A DNA stretch of 64,000 nucleotides, from positions 160,001 through 224,000 of the forward strand of contig JBHLNF010000004.1 in NCBI GenBank assembly GCA_048937405.1. Direction: 5' to 3'. Below the pieces are notes generated by a model, which had not been told where the DNA came from, ran no database searches, and saw only the letters and a list, made by a program, of their open reading frames with translations. This DNA is from Promethearchaeota archaeon. GTDB lineage: Archaea > Asgardarchaeota > Lokiarchaeia > Sigyniarchaeales > SOKP01. A program made the translations under genes and the position numbers. Shown one piece after another: positions 31,348 through 40,887 of this stretch. Positions within the stretch are counted from its first letter, which is position 1; each line of letters opens with the position of its first letter.

Positions 31348-32559
31348 ATGATGGAAAAACCAATATCATATGCTCTAGAGAGCAAATTAAAAGAAGATTA
31401 CAATGAAATTTTACAATATTTGTTAGATAAGGATTATATTATACAAAATCTTCCTTCTGATTTATCTGCTAAGAAAAATCAAGGTGAAACCTATACTTTA
31501 GCATATCCAATTCAAGGCATATTAAAATATCATGGAATCGCAAATGAAGAACACCGAATTTCTTATTTTCCAAGTATTTCTTTAAATAATGATTGTTCAT
31601 ATACAATTACGTATTTAAAATTTGATGAAAATTTAAAAGAGGATCTAGCTTTTATAAATGGAAAACCAACTTTTGGGGAAGTTCTTGAAAGAATTAAATT
31701 CTCTTTAAGTGCAATTCGTAGATATTCTAAAATAAAGACTAAAGCAATTCTAATATCTCGAAACTTTCTAAATACCAGTAAAGAAGGTCCAATGGGTAAA
31801 GGACTTGGAACTTCAGCTTCAGGTTCATCTGCCTTAGCTTTAGCAGCTATATCTGTCTTATACAATAATGATCCCCTTTTTTTAAAAAACAAACGATTAT
31901 TAAGTATTTATTCTCGTTATTTATCAGGTTCTGGTTGTCGTAGTGCTTCGGGAGGATTTGCTTTATGGTTGAGTTATCCTGACATTAATTCACTCGATAG
32001 TTTCGCAATTAGATTAGATAGAAAAGAACATCGTGATTTTATTAACAATATTTCCCTTATTACAATCCCTATACAATCTGATTTAAGGACGAATCAAGTT
32101 CATAAAATCGCCCCAAAATCTCCTTTTTTTCCAGTATGGTTAGAACAAAGAAAAAAATTAGTATTTGAATTTTTTGAAGCTTTAAATGAACACGATTTAA
32201 ATAGAATAGGAGAATTAGCAGAATATGATACTATGTGTTTACATTCAGTTACAATGACAGCACAAAATAAACACAATATCATTGCTTGGGAGCCTGATAC
32301 ATTAAAAATCATGCAGAAGATCCAAGAATTACGAATGAATGATGGTTATAACGTCTATTATTCAATTGATACGGGCCCATCTTTAGTTTTATTAACTTTA
32401 GAAAACGAAAAAAAAGAAATTATTAATGAATTAAAATCCTTTATTCCAAAATATGATTTTATAGAGGGGAAAATAGGAGGATCTCCTATGATAGTTAGTC
32501 CAAAATCATTTGAAGCAAAAAAATTAAAATCAGATATAGAAAAGTTTAATAGAATTTAA
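31348..32559 (+). CDS. mvaD: Phosphomevalonate/diphosphomevalonate decarboxylase (GHMP), haloarchaeal-type
   Basis: AYPIQGILKYHG, GLGTSASG, SGSGCRS, YSIDTGPS. Confidence 0.85.
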   Translation: MMEKPISYALESKLKEDYNEILQYLLDKDYIIQNLPSDLSAKKNQGETYTLAYPIQGILKYHGIANEEHRISYFPSISLNNDCSYTITYLKFDENLKEDLAFINGKPTFGEVLERIKFSLSAIRRYSKIKTKAILISRNFLNTSKEGPMGKGLGTSASGSSALALAAISVLYNNDPLFLKNKRLLSIYSRYLSGSGCRSASGGFALWLSYPDINSLDSFAIRLDRKEHRDFINNISLITIPIQSDLRTNQVHKIAPKSPFFPVWLEQRKKLVFEFFEALNEHDLNRIGELAEYDTMCLHSVTMTAQNKHNIIAWEPDTLKIMQKIQELRMNDGYNVYYSIDTGPSLVLLTLENEKKEIINELKSFIPKYDFIEGKIGGSPMIVSPKSFEAKKLKSDIEKFNRI

Positions 32560-32575
32560 AAGAGTGGTTTAAATT

Positions 32576-33856
32576 ATGGAAGAATTCCATTCAGATATTT
32601 CTGGTTTTTATAAATTATCATTTGAAGAACGTCAACAAACTATATCTAAATTAGTAAATCTTACTCAAGATGAAATTAACATTTTACAAAATTTAGGATA
32701 TTTTACCTCAAGTCAAATTGATAATTTCATTGAAAATGTTATTGGGAGTTATCAATTACCATTTGGTTTAGCTTTCAACTTTAAAATAAATAATAAAGAT
32801 TATATTATACCTATGGTTATTGAAGAACCTTCAGTTGTAGCAGCTGCATCAAATGCTGCTAAATTTGCTAGAAAATGTGGAGGTTTTCATTCAGAAGAGG
32901 TGAAATCTATAATGATTTCACAAATTCAGATTACTCAATTACGTGAAATCAATATTGCAAAGAAAAATATTATTGATCATAAGGATCAAATTTTAAAAAT
33001 TGCTAATGAACAAGATCCATTTCTGAATGAATTAGGTGGGGGTGCAATTGATCTTGAAATTAGAGAATTGGAGACTCGTAAGGGGAAAATGTTGATTTTG
33101 CATTTATTAGTTGATGTATTAGATGCCATGGGTGCTAATGTTGTAAATACAATGGCAGAGGCAATTAGTCCTTATATTGAAGAACTTGTTGATGGAAAAA
33201 TTTATCTACGGATAGTTTCTAACCTTGCTTCACACAGAATAGCAAAAAGCAAGGCTATATTTGATAAGGATTTATTAGGTGGAGAACAAGTTGTTGAGGG
33301 TATAATGAACGCATTTGAATTTGCTGCTGCAGATCCATTTAGAGCAACAACACACAATAAAGGAATTATGAACGGAATTGTAGCATTAACGTTAGCCACT
33401 GGAAATGATACACGTGCTATTGAAGCAGGAGCACATGCATATGCGTCATTGAAGGGAAAGTATTCACCATTAACTAACTTTCGAGTTGATTCAGATGGTA
33501 ATTTAGTTGGAGAGATAGAAATTCCACTAGCACTTGGTATCATTGGAGGGATGACGAAGATTCACCCGATGGCACAATTGGCATTGAAAATTTTAAATGC
33601 TAAAAGTGCTAACGAACTCTCTCAAGTTGGTGCGGCTCTCGGATTAGCACAAAATGTTGCGGCATTAAGAGCACTTGCAGCAGAAGGTATCCAAAAAGGA
33701 CATATGAACCTTCATTCTCGAAATATAGCTAAAGCAGCAGGTGTGCCTGATGAGTTAATAGAGCTAGTTGCTAAGAAAATGGTGGAAGAAAGAAAAATCA
33801 GAATTGATTATGCAAAAGAAATTTTAAAAAAAATAAATGAGGGTAAAAACCTTTAG
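32576..33856 (+). CDS. mvaA: HMG-CoA reductase, class II
   Basis: IENVIG, EEPSVVAA, DAMGANVVN, RATTHNKG, GIQKGHMNLH. Confidence 0.95.
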   Translation: MEEFHSDISGFYKLSFEERQQTISKLVNLTQDEINILQNLGYFTSSQIDNFIENVIGSYQLPFGLAFNFKINNKDYIIPMVIEEPSVVAAASNAAKFARKCGGFHSEEVKSIMISQIQITQLREINIAKKNIIDHKDQILKIANEQDPFLNELGGGAIDLEIRELETRKGKMLILHLLVDVLDAMGANVVNTMAEAISPYIEELVDGKIYLRIVSNLASHRIAKSKAIFDKDLLGGEQVVEGIMNAFEFAAADPFRATTHNKGIMNGIVALTLATGNDTRAIEAGAHAYASLKGKYSPLTNFRVDSDGNLVGEIEIPLALGIIGGMTKIHPMAQLALKILNAKSANELSQVGAALGLAQNVAALRALAAEGIQKGHMNLHSRNIAKAAGVPDELIELVAKKMVEERKIRIDYAKEILKKINEGKNL

Positions 33857-33946
33857 TTTTATATTAAGTGGTTCTGTAACTCCTCTAAGAAAAACTACAA
33901 ATGTTATTCAAATGTTTGAGATAAATATTAAAGGAAGATAAATATT

Positions 33947-35248
33947 ATGGGATTTAGAGAATATATCGATAAAATTGATAAGAATGGATTACTCAAAAAG
34001 GTAGATATTGAAGTTTCAAAAAGATTGGAAATAGCTGGGATCTTAAAAGAGATGGAACCAACTCCAATACTATTTAATAATATTAAAGAATCTGAATATC
34101 GTGTTGTTGGCAATGTATTTTGTACTAAAGATGTAATTGCCTCTTATTTTGGTGTGACTCCCGCAGATCTTATACCAATGCTATCGAAAGCTATTAATAA
34201 TTATTTAGAACCAGAAATAATATCTGATGCACCATGTCAGGAAATTATTGAGTCTAATGTGGATTTAGATAAACTTCCTATCTTATTTCATTGTGAGCGG
34301 GATGGCGGAAATTACATTAGTTCTGCTGTAGTAGTTACAAGAGATCCAGATTATGGTCAAAACTTAGATTTTCATAGAGCAATGCAATTTTCAAAAGATA
34401 AATTTGCCACTCGAATAGTGAAGGGACGTCATTTTTCCAAATTTTTAGAAAAAAATGGAGAATTAGATACTGCCTTTTGCATAGGAAACACTCCCAATAT
34501 TTTAATTGCTGGAGCAACTTCCGTAGACATTGGTGTTAATGAATTACATATTGCTAATGCTCTAGAGCCAATCAAAGTAGTAAAAGCAAACTCAGTTGAC
34601 CTATTAATACCTGCTGAATCAGAATTTGTATTAGAGGGACGTGTATATTTGGAAGAGAGACATTCAGAAGGTCCGTTTGTCGATCTTACTGAGACTTATG
34701 ATGTAATACGAGAAGAACCTATTTTTGAAATAAAAAGAATTACTCATAGAAAAGATGCGATTTGGCAGGCGCTCCTCCCAGGTGCTCTTGAACATAAAAT
34801 CTTAATGGGAATGCCTAGAGAACCCACTATTTTTAATAAAGTAAATGAACAGGGGGTTAAATGTTTAGACGTAAACATTAGTCCAGGTGGATCTTCTTGG
34901 CTTCATGCTATAGTACAAATTGATAAGAAATCAGAAGAGGATGGAAAAAAAGCTATAGAAGGCACTTTTACGGGTCATACTAGCTGTAAGCACGCTTTTA
35001 TTGTTGATAAAGACATTAATATATATGATCCCTTATCTGTCGAATGGGCGATGGCAACTCGTTTTCAAGGAGATACAAGAATGATAATTAAAGATAAAGA
35101 ACCTGGGAGTAGTTTAGATCCTAGCGCCGAACCAGGAACAAAAATGACAACGAAAATAGGGTTTGATTTAACCAAACCACTTGTAGTAAAAGGAAAGAGT
35201 TTTGAGATTGCTGAATTTCCAAAAGTAGATATTAAAAAATATTTTTAA
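33947..35248 (+). CDS. UbiD-family decarboxylase; probable anhydromevalonate phosphate decarboxylase
   Basis: EGPFVDLTETYD, VEWAMATRFQ, GSSLDPS; abuts the AcnX genes within the MVA cluster. Confidence 0.88.
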   Translation: MGFREYIDKIDKNGLLKKVDIEVSKRLEIAGILKEMEPTPILFNNIKESEYRVVGNVFCTKDVIASYFGVTPADLIPMLSKAINNYLEPEIISDAPCQEIIESNVDLDKLPILFHCERDGGNYISSAVVVTRDPDYGQNLDFHRAMQFSKDKFATRIVKGRHFSKFLEKNGELDTAFCIGNTPNILIAGATSVDIGVNELHIANALEPIKVVKANSVDLLIPAESEFVLEGRVYLEERHSEGPFVDLTETYDVIREEPIFEIKRITHRKDAIWQALLPGALEHKILMGMPREPTIFNKVNEQGVKCLDVNISPGGSSWLHAIVQIDKKSEEDGKKAIEGTFTGHTSCKHAFIVDKDINIYDPLSVEWAMATRFQGDTRMIIKDKEPGSSLDPSAEPGTKMTTKIGFDLTKPLVVKGKSFEIAEFPKVDIKKYF

Positions 35249-35249
35249 A

Positions 35250-36458
35250 ATGAGGAAAGAAAAAATGAAATTAACTTCAGAAGAACAAAACATATTAGAT
35301 GGTAAATTTGGAAAAGCTGCCAAAAAGTCAATGGAAATATTAGTAACATTAGGAGACATATTCGATGCTGAATCAATGGTTGATGTATTTGGCGTTCAAA
35401 TAGCAGGAGTTTCATATGCAAATCTAGATGAGGCAGGTTTGGAATTTTTAAGTGAAATGGCTGAAGATGGCAAGGTTCGAGTCCTAACTACTTTAAATCC
35501 TGCTGGAATGGATCGAGAGAATTGGCAGGCTTTAGGTATTTCTGAAGAATTTGCTAAAAATCAAAATCGAGCTATTGATGCATTTGCTAAAATGGGTATA
35601 ATTACTACTTGTTCTTGTACACCTTACTTAATTGGTAATACTCCACACTATGGTCAACATCTTGCGTGGGCTGAAAGTAGTGCCGTATGTTATGCTAATT
35701 CAGTAATTGGTGCACGAACCAACCGTGAAGGAGGTCCAAGCGCTTTAGCATCAGCTATTACAGGAAAAACTCCTAGATATGGTTATCATTTAGATGAAAA
35801 TCGTCATGGGGAAGTTTTATTTGAAGTTAATGCTAAAGTTAAAGGAACAGATGAATTTGGTGTTTTAGGAAAAATAATTGGGGATAAATTGGTAGAATTA
35901 GGAAAGAAAATTCCTTATATAGAAGGTATTCCTGAAGCGACAGTTGAGGAACTCAAATCGTTTTGTGCTTCTGTTGCAACATATGGCGGAACTGCTTTAT
36001 TCCATATGGAGGGAGTTACGCCAGAGTATAATGATTATCCTAAACCGACTGATATCACATTTGAAATCAACCAAAACGACCTAGATAAAACACGCTTAGA
36101 ACTTATTGATGATGATCTTGAGATAGATTTTGTAAGTATAGGATGTCCACATGCTTCAATTCACGAAATTGAAAGAATTGCCAGGCTATTAAAAGGAAAG
36201 AAAGTGAAAAAAGAATTTTGGATTACTACTGCCCGTCCTACAAAAAGAATCGCTGATGAAGCTGGTTATTCAAAAATAATTGAAGAAGCAGGAGCGAAAT
36301 TTGCAGCAGATACATGTTGTGTTGTTGCTCCAATTAAGGGTCGGTTTAAAGGAATAATGGTAGATTCAGCGAAAGCTTGTTATTATGGGCGCGCAAAAAA
36401 CCAATTTAAAGTAAAAATAGGATCAATTGAGGAATGTATTGAGGAGGCAATAAAATGA
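35250..36458 (+). CDS. Aconitase X catalytic subunit; probable phosphomevalonate dehydratase large subunit
   Basis: TTLNPAG, CSCTPY, WAESSAV..ANSVIGARTNREGG, IGCPHAS, DTC, SAKACYY. Confidence 0.9.
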   Translation: MRKEKMKLTSEEQNILDGKFGKAAKKSMEILVTLGDIFDAESMVDVFGVQIAGVSYANLDEAGLEFLSEMAEDGKVRVLTTLNPAGMDRENWQALGISEEFAKNQNRAIDAFAKMGIITTCSCTPYLIGNTPHYGQHLAWAESSAVCYANSVIGARTNREGGPSALASAITGKTPRYGYHLDENRHGEVLFEVNAKVKGTDEFGVLGKIIGDKLVELGKKIPYIEGIPEATVEELKSFCASVATYGGTALFHMEGVTPEYNDYPKPTDITFEINQNDLDKTRLELIDDDLEIDFVSIGCPHASIHEIERIARLLKGKKVKKEFWITTARPTKRIADEAGYSKIIEEAGAKFAADTCCVVAPIKGRFKGIMVDSAKACYYGRAKNQFKVKIGSIEECIEEAIK

Positions 36459-36847
36459 AGTTAAAAGGAAGAAAAATCTATAAAGGAACTGTTGAAGCAG
36501 AGGCGATTGTCACCAAAGATGGAATTTCTTTTTATGGAGGGGTAGATCCCGATACAGGAAAAGTAGTGGAAGTTGGACATGAGCTAGAAGGGCAATCAAT
36601 AACAGGAAAAGTTTTGGTTTTTCCAACAGGGAAAGGATCAACAGTAGGATCATATACTATGTATCGGATGAAAAAAAATAATACAGCTCCCGCAGCAATT
36701 ATAAATAAACAAATTGATACAATTATAGCAGTAGGTTGTATTATTAGTGAAATTCCTTGTGTCGATAAAATTAATATAGATGAGATAAAGACTGGTCAAA
36801 AACTAATTGTTAATGGAACAGAAGGAACAATAGAATTAATCGATTAA
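36455..36847 (+). CDS. Aconitase X swivel subunit (DUF126); phosphomevalonate dehydratase small subunit
   Basis: ISFYGGVDP.TG, GKGSTVGSY; ATGA overlap with the large subunit. Confidence 0.92.
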   Translation: MKLKGRKIYKGTVEAEAIVTKDGISFYGGVDPDTGKVVEVGHELEGQSITGKVLVFPTGKGSTVGSYTMYRMKKNNTAPAAIINKQIDTIIAVGCIISEIPCVDKINIDEIKTGQKLIVNGTEGTIELID

Positions 36848-37167
36848 TTTAATATACATTCTAATTAAATCATTAGCAATAAGCCACTCAGATATTACGT
36901 TCTACACATCTTAAGTTTATAGATATTAAATATCCTCAAAATTAAATATAATTTTAGATTCCATTGAAAATACTGAAAACACAAATCTTATAAAACTGTA
37001 AATGATACTTACATAACAATTGAGAGTTTTTTATAATCCCACTCTAAAATGTTTTATTTCTTCTCCTACTTTTTAAATAAAGTAAAATTTGATCAAATTA
37101 AGTTATTTAAATAATTTTGAATATTTTCAAATTTTAATAAATCAAACGACTTTAATTGGTGAAAAAA

Positions 37168-38134
37168 TTGGGTATTGGAAAAGGATATGGAAAGACCATA
37201 CTTTTTGGCGAAATTTAATTCTTAATTCAAGAATAAACGCAATCATTTTGTAGTTTATGGTCTTCCTGCGATAGCATCAGCATTAGGCTCTTATACAACG
37301 GCAGAAGTTAATATAGTTAAAGGTAATGGTTGGACAGTTGATGATCAAAGAATAGCAACACCGGGTTACAAAAAACAGAAATATAGTGAGGCTATAGGGT
37401 CAATTAAAAATGTTATTGAATTTTTAAAAATTGATACTACTAATCAAAAACTTGAAATAACATTTTCAGGCGATCTAATTGCCGCAAGTGGAGTAGGTGC
37501 ATCAGCAGCTCAAAGTACATCACTTTCCCGCGCAATAAATGATGCATTTAATCTTAATTTAAATGATGAGAAGATTAATGAAGCGGCTTATGAAGGAGAG
37601 AAAGCTTATCATGGTACACCATCTGGAATTGACAATACAGCTTCAACTTATGGAGGTTTAATTTGGTTTGTTAAGAATTTAACTGGAGGAAAAAATACTA
37701 TGGAACTATTGCAATCACCAAAGAAGATGCCCTTGGTAATTTTAAATACAGGAATAACAGCCTCTACAACAGAAGTAGTAACTGATGTTAGACGCTTAAA
37801 AGAGGAATCTCCTAAAAAGTATGAAAAAATCTTTAATCAATATGAAAATCTAGCTATAAAAGCGAAAAATGCTTTACTTGAGGGAGATATTGTCAAGATA
37901 GGTGAATTAATGAATCAAAATCATAAAATGTTACAAGACATAACAGTTTCTGGAGAAATTAATGATAAACTTGTCGAAATCGCACTTCAAAATGGAGCAC
38001 TAGGTGCTAAAATGACTGGAACGGGAAGAGGGGGATTAGTAATTGCTTTAGTAGAAACTGAAAATATACAAGAAAAAATTGCGGAAGCTGTTGAAAAAGA
38101 AGGATACAATGCCTGGAAAACCATGATAGGATGA
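37168..38134 (+). CDS. mvk: Mevalonate kinase interrupted by a 31-nt candidate intron; 311 aa when spliced
   Basis: TTG after GGTGA: MGIGKGYGKTILFGE[insert]HFVVYGLPAIA...ASGVGASAA...HGTPSGIDN...GAKMTGTGRGG; frame is open from 37244 to 38134. Confidence 0.9.
37213..37243 (+). other. Candidate BHB-type mRNA intron in mvk (31 nt)
   Basis: ATTTAATTCTTAATTCAAGAATAAACGCAAT; hairpin; removal gives GGC GAA CAT TTT (GEHF) and repairs the frame. Confidence 0.82.
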
Positions 38135-38147
38135 GTATGAGGAAAAA

Positions 38148-40040
38148 TTGAAAAAGAACAATGAAATAATTCTGCTTAAATTAGGTGGAAGTTTACTAAC
38201 TGATAAGAATAAGCCATTTTCACTTAGAGAAGAAATTTTAGAAAAATGTCTCAATCAGATAATTGACAGTAAGAAATCAATAATTTTGATTCATGGTGGC
38301 GGGTCATTTGGTCACCCTCTTGCTAAAAAATATAAAATTTCGCAGGGTTTGAATAAGTCTATTGAAAACCAAATAATAGGGCTTTCAAAAACTCATGATG
38401 CCATGAATCAATTAAATTCCGTTATTATAAAAAAATTTCTTGAAAAGGAATATCCTGCAATTTCAATCCAACCTTCAAGCATTTTTATGCAAGGTTTTAA
38501 TGAAATTAATATTAAATCAATAGAACCTATTGAAAAATTGCTTGATCTTGGAGTAATACCCGTCCTTTATGGAGATATTCTTCTCAGTCAAGATTATTCT
38601 TTTTCAATTTTATCTGGAGATTACATTATTTTGAAATTATGTGAGAATATTCAAAATTTTAATATTTCAAAAGTAATATTTGCGATTGAGGAAGATGGAA
38701 TATTTATTAATGAGAATGGTAATAAAAAATTAGCTTTAAAATTGACACTTAGCGATTTATCTACTATAAAATTAGCGAAATTAGGACAAAAGATTGATGT
38801 AACAGGGGGAATAAGAGGAAAATTAAAACAAATTGAAGAAATCTTAAAATTAAATATACCTGTTCAAATTATTAATGGTATCAAAAATAAAAATATATTG
38901 AAAGCATTAACAAACCAATATATCGAATGTACGAATATTGAAATATCATCAAATAAATTAGCTGAAAGTCAAATATATAATAGAAAAATTGAACATATTA
39001 AGATACCTTTAGAACACAACGTTCAACATGCAATTAATTATTTTGATGATATTACTTTAATTCATCATCCTCTCCCAGAATTTGAATTAGAGGAGACTAA
39101 TATATCTGTAGATTTCTTTAAAAAACAAATATCTGCTCCAATTTGTATTTCAGCAATCACCGGTGGTCATCAGATTTCTAAAGCTATCAACAATATTTTA
39201 GCAAATGCTGCCAAAACAGAAAATATAGTACTGGGAGTCGGTAGTCAGAGAATAGGATTAGAAGATCCTTCCACAATTGAATCATTCAGCGTAATCCGCG
39301 ATGTAGCACCCAATATTCCTGTAATAGGAAATTTAGGGATAGGGCAAGTATGTGATCCCAATTTTGATATTGATAATTTCAATAAATGCATTGATATGAT
39401 TGAAGCGGATGCTATGGCCATACACTTTAATGCTTTACATGAACTTGTTCAAAAAGAAGGCAACATTTCCTTTAAAAATTTTGAAGAAAGATTCAAAGAA
39501 ATCAGAAAAAAAATAAGTATTCCAATTATAGCTAAAGAAGTTGGATCAGGATTTAATAAAGAATTAGCTATAAAGCTTGATTTATTGGGATTTGATGGAT
39601 TTGATGTTGGCGGAGCAGGTGGTACAAGTTTTGCGGCAATTGAGTCGATACGAGATGATTATAGCTTTGAAGTATTTACTAGAAAGATTGCAGATACTTT
39701 TCGTGAATGGGGAATTCCTACTCCTGTAAGTATATCAAATGTAAGAGACGTATCTAAGAAATTAATAATTGCAACGGGAGGGTTACGGTCTGGAGTTGAT
39801 ATCGCCAAATCAATTGTGTTAGGTGCTGATATTGGAGGTTTTGCCTATAAGTTCTTAAAGACGGCATGGCAAGATTATAAAAATAATTCTTTCATTCACA
39901 CAATTAAAGAAATCAAAACTCTAAAACATGAATTAAGATCCTCTATGTGGTTGATGAATGTTAAGAATATTAACAGTCTCAGTTGTAATAGTGATAAAAG
40001 AATCTTGGTTGGTAAATTATATCAGTGGTTAAATCAATGA
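38148..40040 (+). CDS. Isopentenyl phosphate kinase / type 2 isopentenyl-diphosphate isomerase fusion
   Basis: N-terminal LKLGGS, HGGGSFGH, SGD, DVTGGI (IPK); C-terminal RKIEH, SAITGG, GVGSQR, KEVGSG, GAGGTS, WGIPT (IDI-2). Confidence 0.93.
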   Translation: MKKNNEIILLKLGGSLLTDKNKPFSLREEILEKCLNQIIDSKKSIILIHGGGSFGHPLAKKYKISQGLNKSIENQIIGLSKTHDAMNQLNSVIIKKFLEKEYPAISIQPSSIFMQGFNEINIKSIEPIEKLLDLGVIPVLYGDILLSQDYSFSILSGDYIILKLCENIQNFNISKVIFAIEEDGIFINENGNKKLALKLTLSDLSTIKLAKLGQKIDVTGGIRGKLKQIEEILKLNIPVQIINGIKNKNILKALTNQYIECTNIEISSNKLAESQIYNRKIEHIKIPLEHNVQHAINYFDDITLIHHPLPEFELEETNISVDFFKKQISAPICISAITGGHQISKAINNILANAAKTENIVLGVGSQRIGLEDPSTIESFSVIRDVAPNIPVIGNLGIGQVCDPNFDIDNFNKCIDMIEADAMAIHFNALHELVQKEGNISFKNFEERFKEIRKKISIPIIAKEVGSGFNKELAIKLDLLGFDGFDVGGAGGTSFAAIESIRDDYSFEVFTRKIADTFREWGIPTPVSISNVRDVSKKLIIATGGLRSGVDIAKSIVLGADIGGFAYKFLKTAWQDYKNNSFIHTIKEIKTLKHELRSSMWLMNVKNINSLSCNSDKRILVGKLYQWLNQ

Positions 40041-40324
40041 TTATTTAATATAATCTCCTCATTCTTTAATATTTCTCATCATAAATCTTATTTGATAGAT
40101 AACAACCTCGATTATTCTCTTCTCCAAAAATGCATCTATGTTTAATGTCATTCTTTTTTTTTGAATATTTCATATAACCCCCACATTGTCCTTTTGTTAA
40201 ACTAATTTTTTTTTATTGTTCCGTTCCCTGACTTCTTCACATAGCTAGAAGGTTATTTCTACGGGGATTGGCTTTTTTGAGGTCATATTTTAAAGTTAGA
40301 CTTGAACTAATACTAGGATATTTA

Positions 40325-40720
40325 TTATGCAGATTTTGAAGATTTTTCTTCTAAAAAATCTTGAATTTCATTTACAAAATTAGAAAATCTTCCTATTTGC
40401 CCTTTAAAGTTCTTTATCTCTTCACCATAAAGATTAATAAATTTATCTGATACTTTTTTTAATTCTTTATTTACTTTTTTCTGCTTGTATTTATTTGAGG
40501 ATATTGCTACAAATATTAAATCATGTTGCTTAATAATGGTAAACCTTGAATTTTGTAATTCGAAATTGGACATACCTCCTTCAGCCAATTCTTCAGAAAA
40601 CATATTCAAGGCACTCATCATTGCCCCAAAAAGTTGGGGAGATACTGCTTTATCAAATTCCCGATGAAAAATTACAATACCAGATTTCTCAACAATCCAA
40701 ATATCTTGAAGTATTTTCAA
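40325..40720 (-). CDS. Small longin-like domain protein
   Basis: 'DIWIVEKSGIVIFHR...QLFGAMMSALNMFSEEL...F...F' pattern. Confidence 0.7.
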   Translation of the reverse strand: MKILQDIWIVEKSGIVIFHREFDKAVSPQLFGAMMSALNMFSEELAEGGMSNFELQNSRFTIIKQHDLIFVAISSNKYKQKKVNKELKKVSDKFINLYGEEIKNFKGQIGRFSNFVNEIQDFLEEKSSKSA

Positions 40721-40887
40721 TTAGATTCCTCTTTAAAGAGCTTTAAAACTAATTTTTTTATTGATTTATTAATATTTATACAATTAAATTTTTGGTTACT
40801 CTTTTCTCTGAAATATTTATATTAATATTTAGATTTTAATGTTTTTAAGCTTACAGTCATGTGATCTAGTCATTAAATTGAACAATA

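Noticed and set aside
37168-37700. mvk and uppS as ordinary pseudogenes or sequencing errors
   Set aside because: Each has one clean structured insert, no other lesion and no target-site duplication, and the BHB cut rule restores the conserved motif. Not formally excluded without reads
40066-40173. 35 aa minus-strand ORF (MKYSKKKNDIKHRCIFG...)
   Set aside because: Too short, with no recognisable motif; cannot be supported
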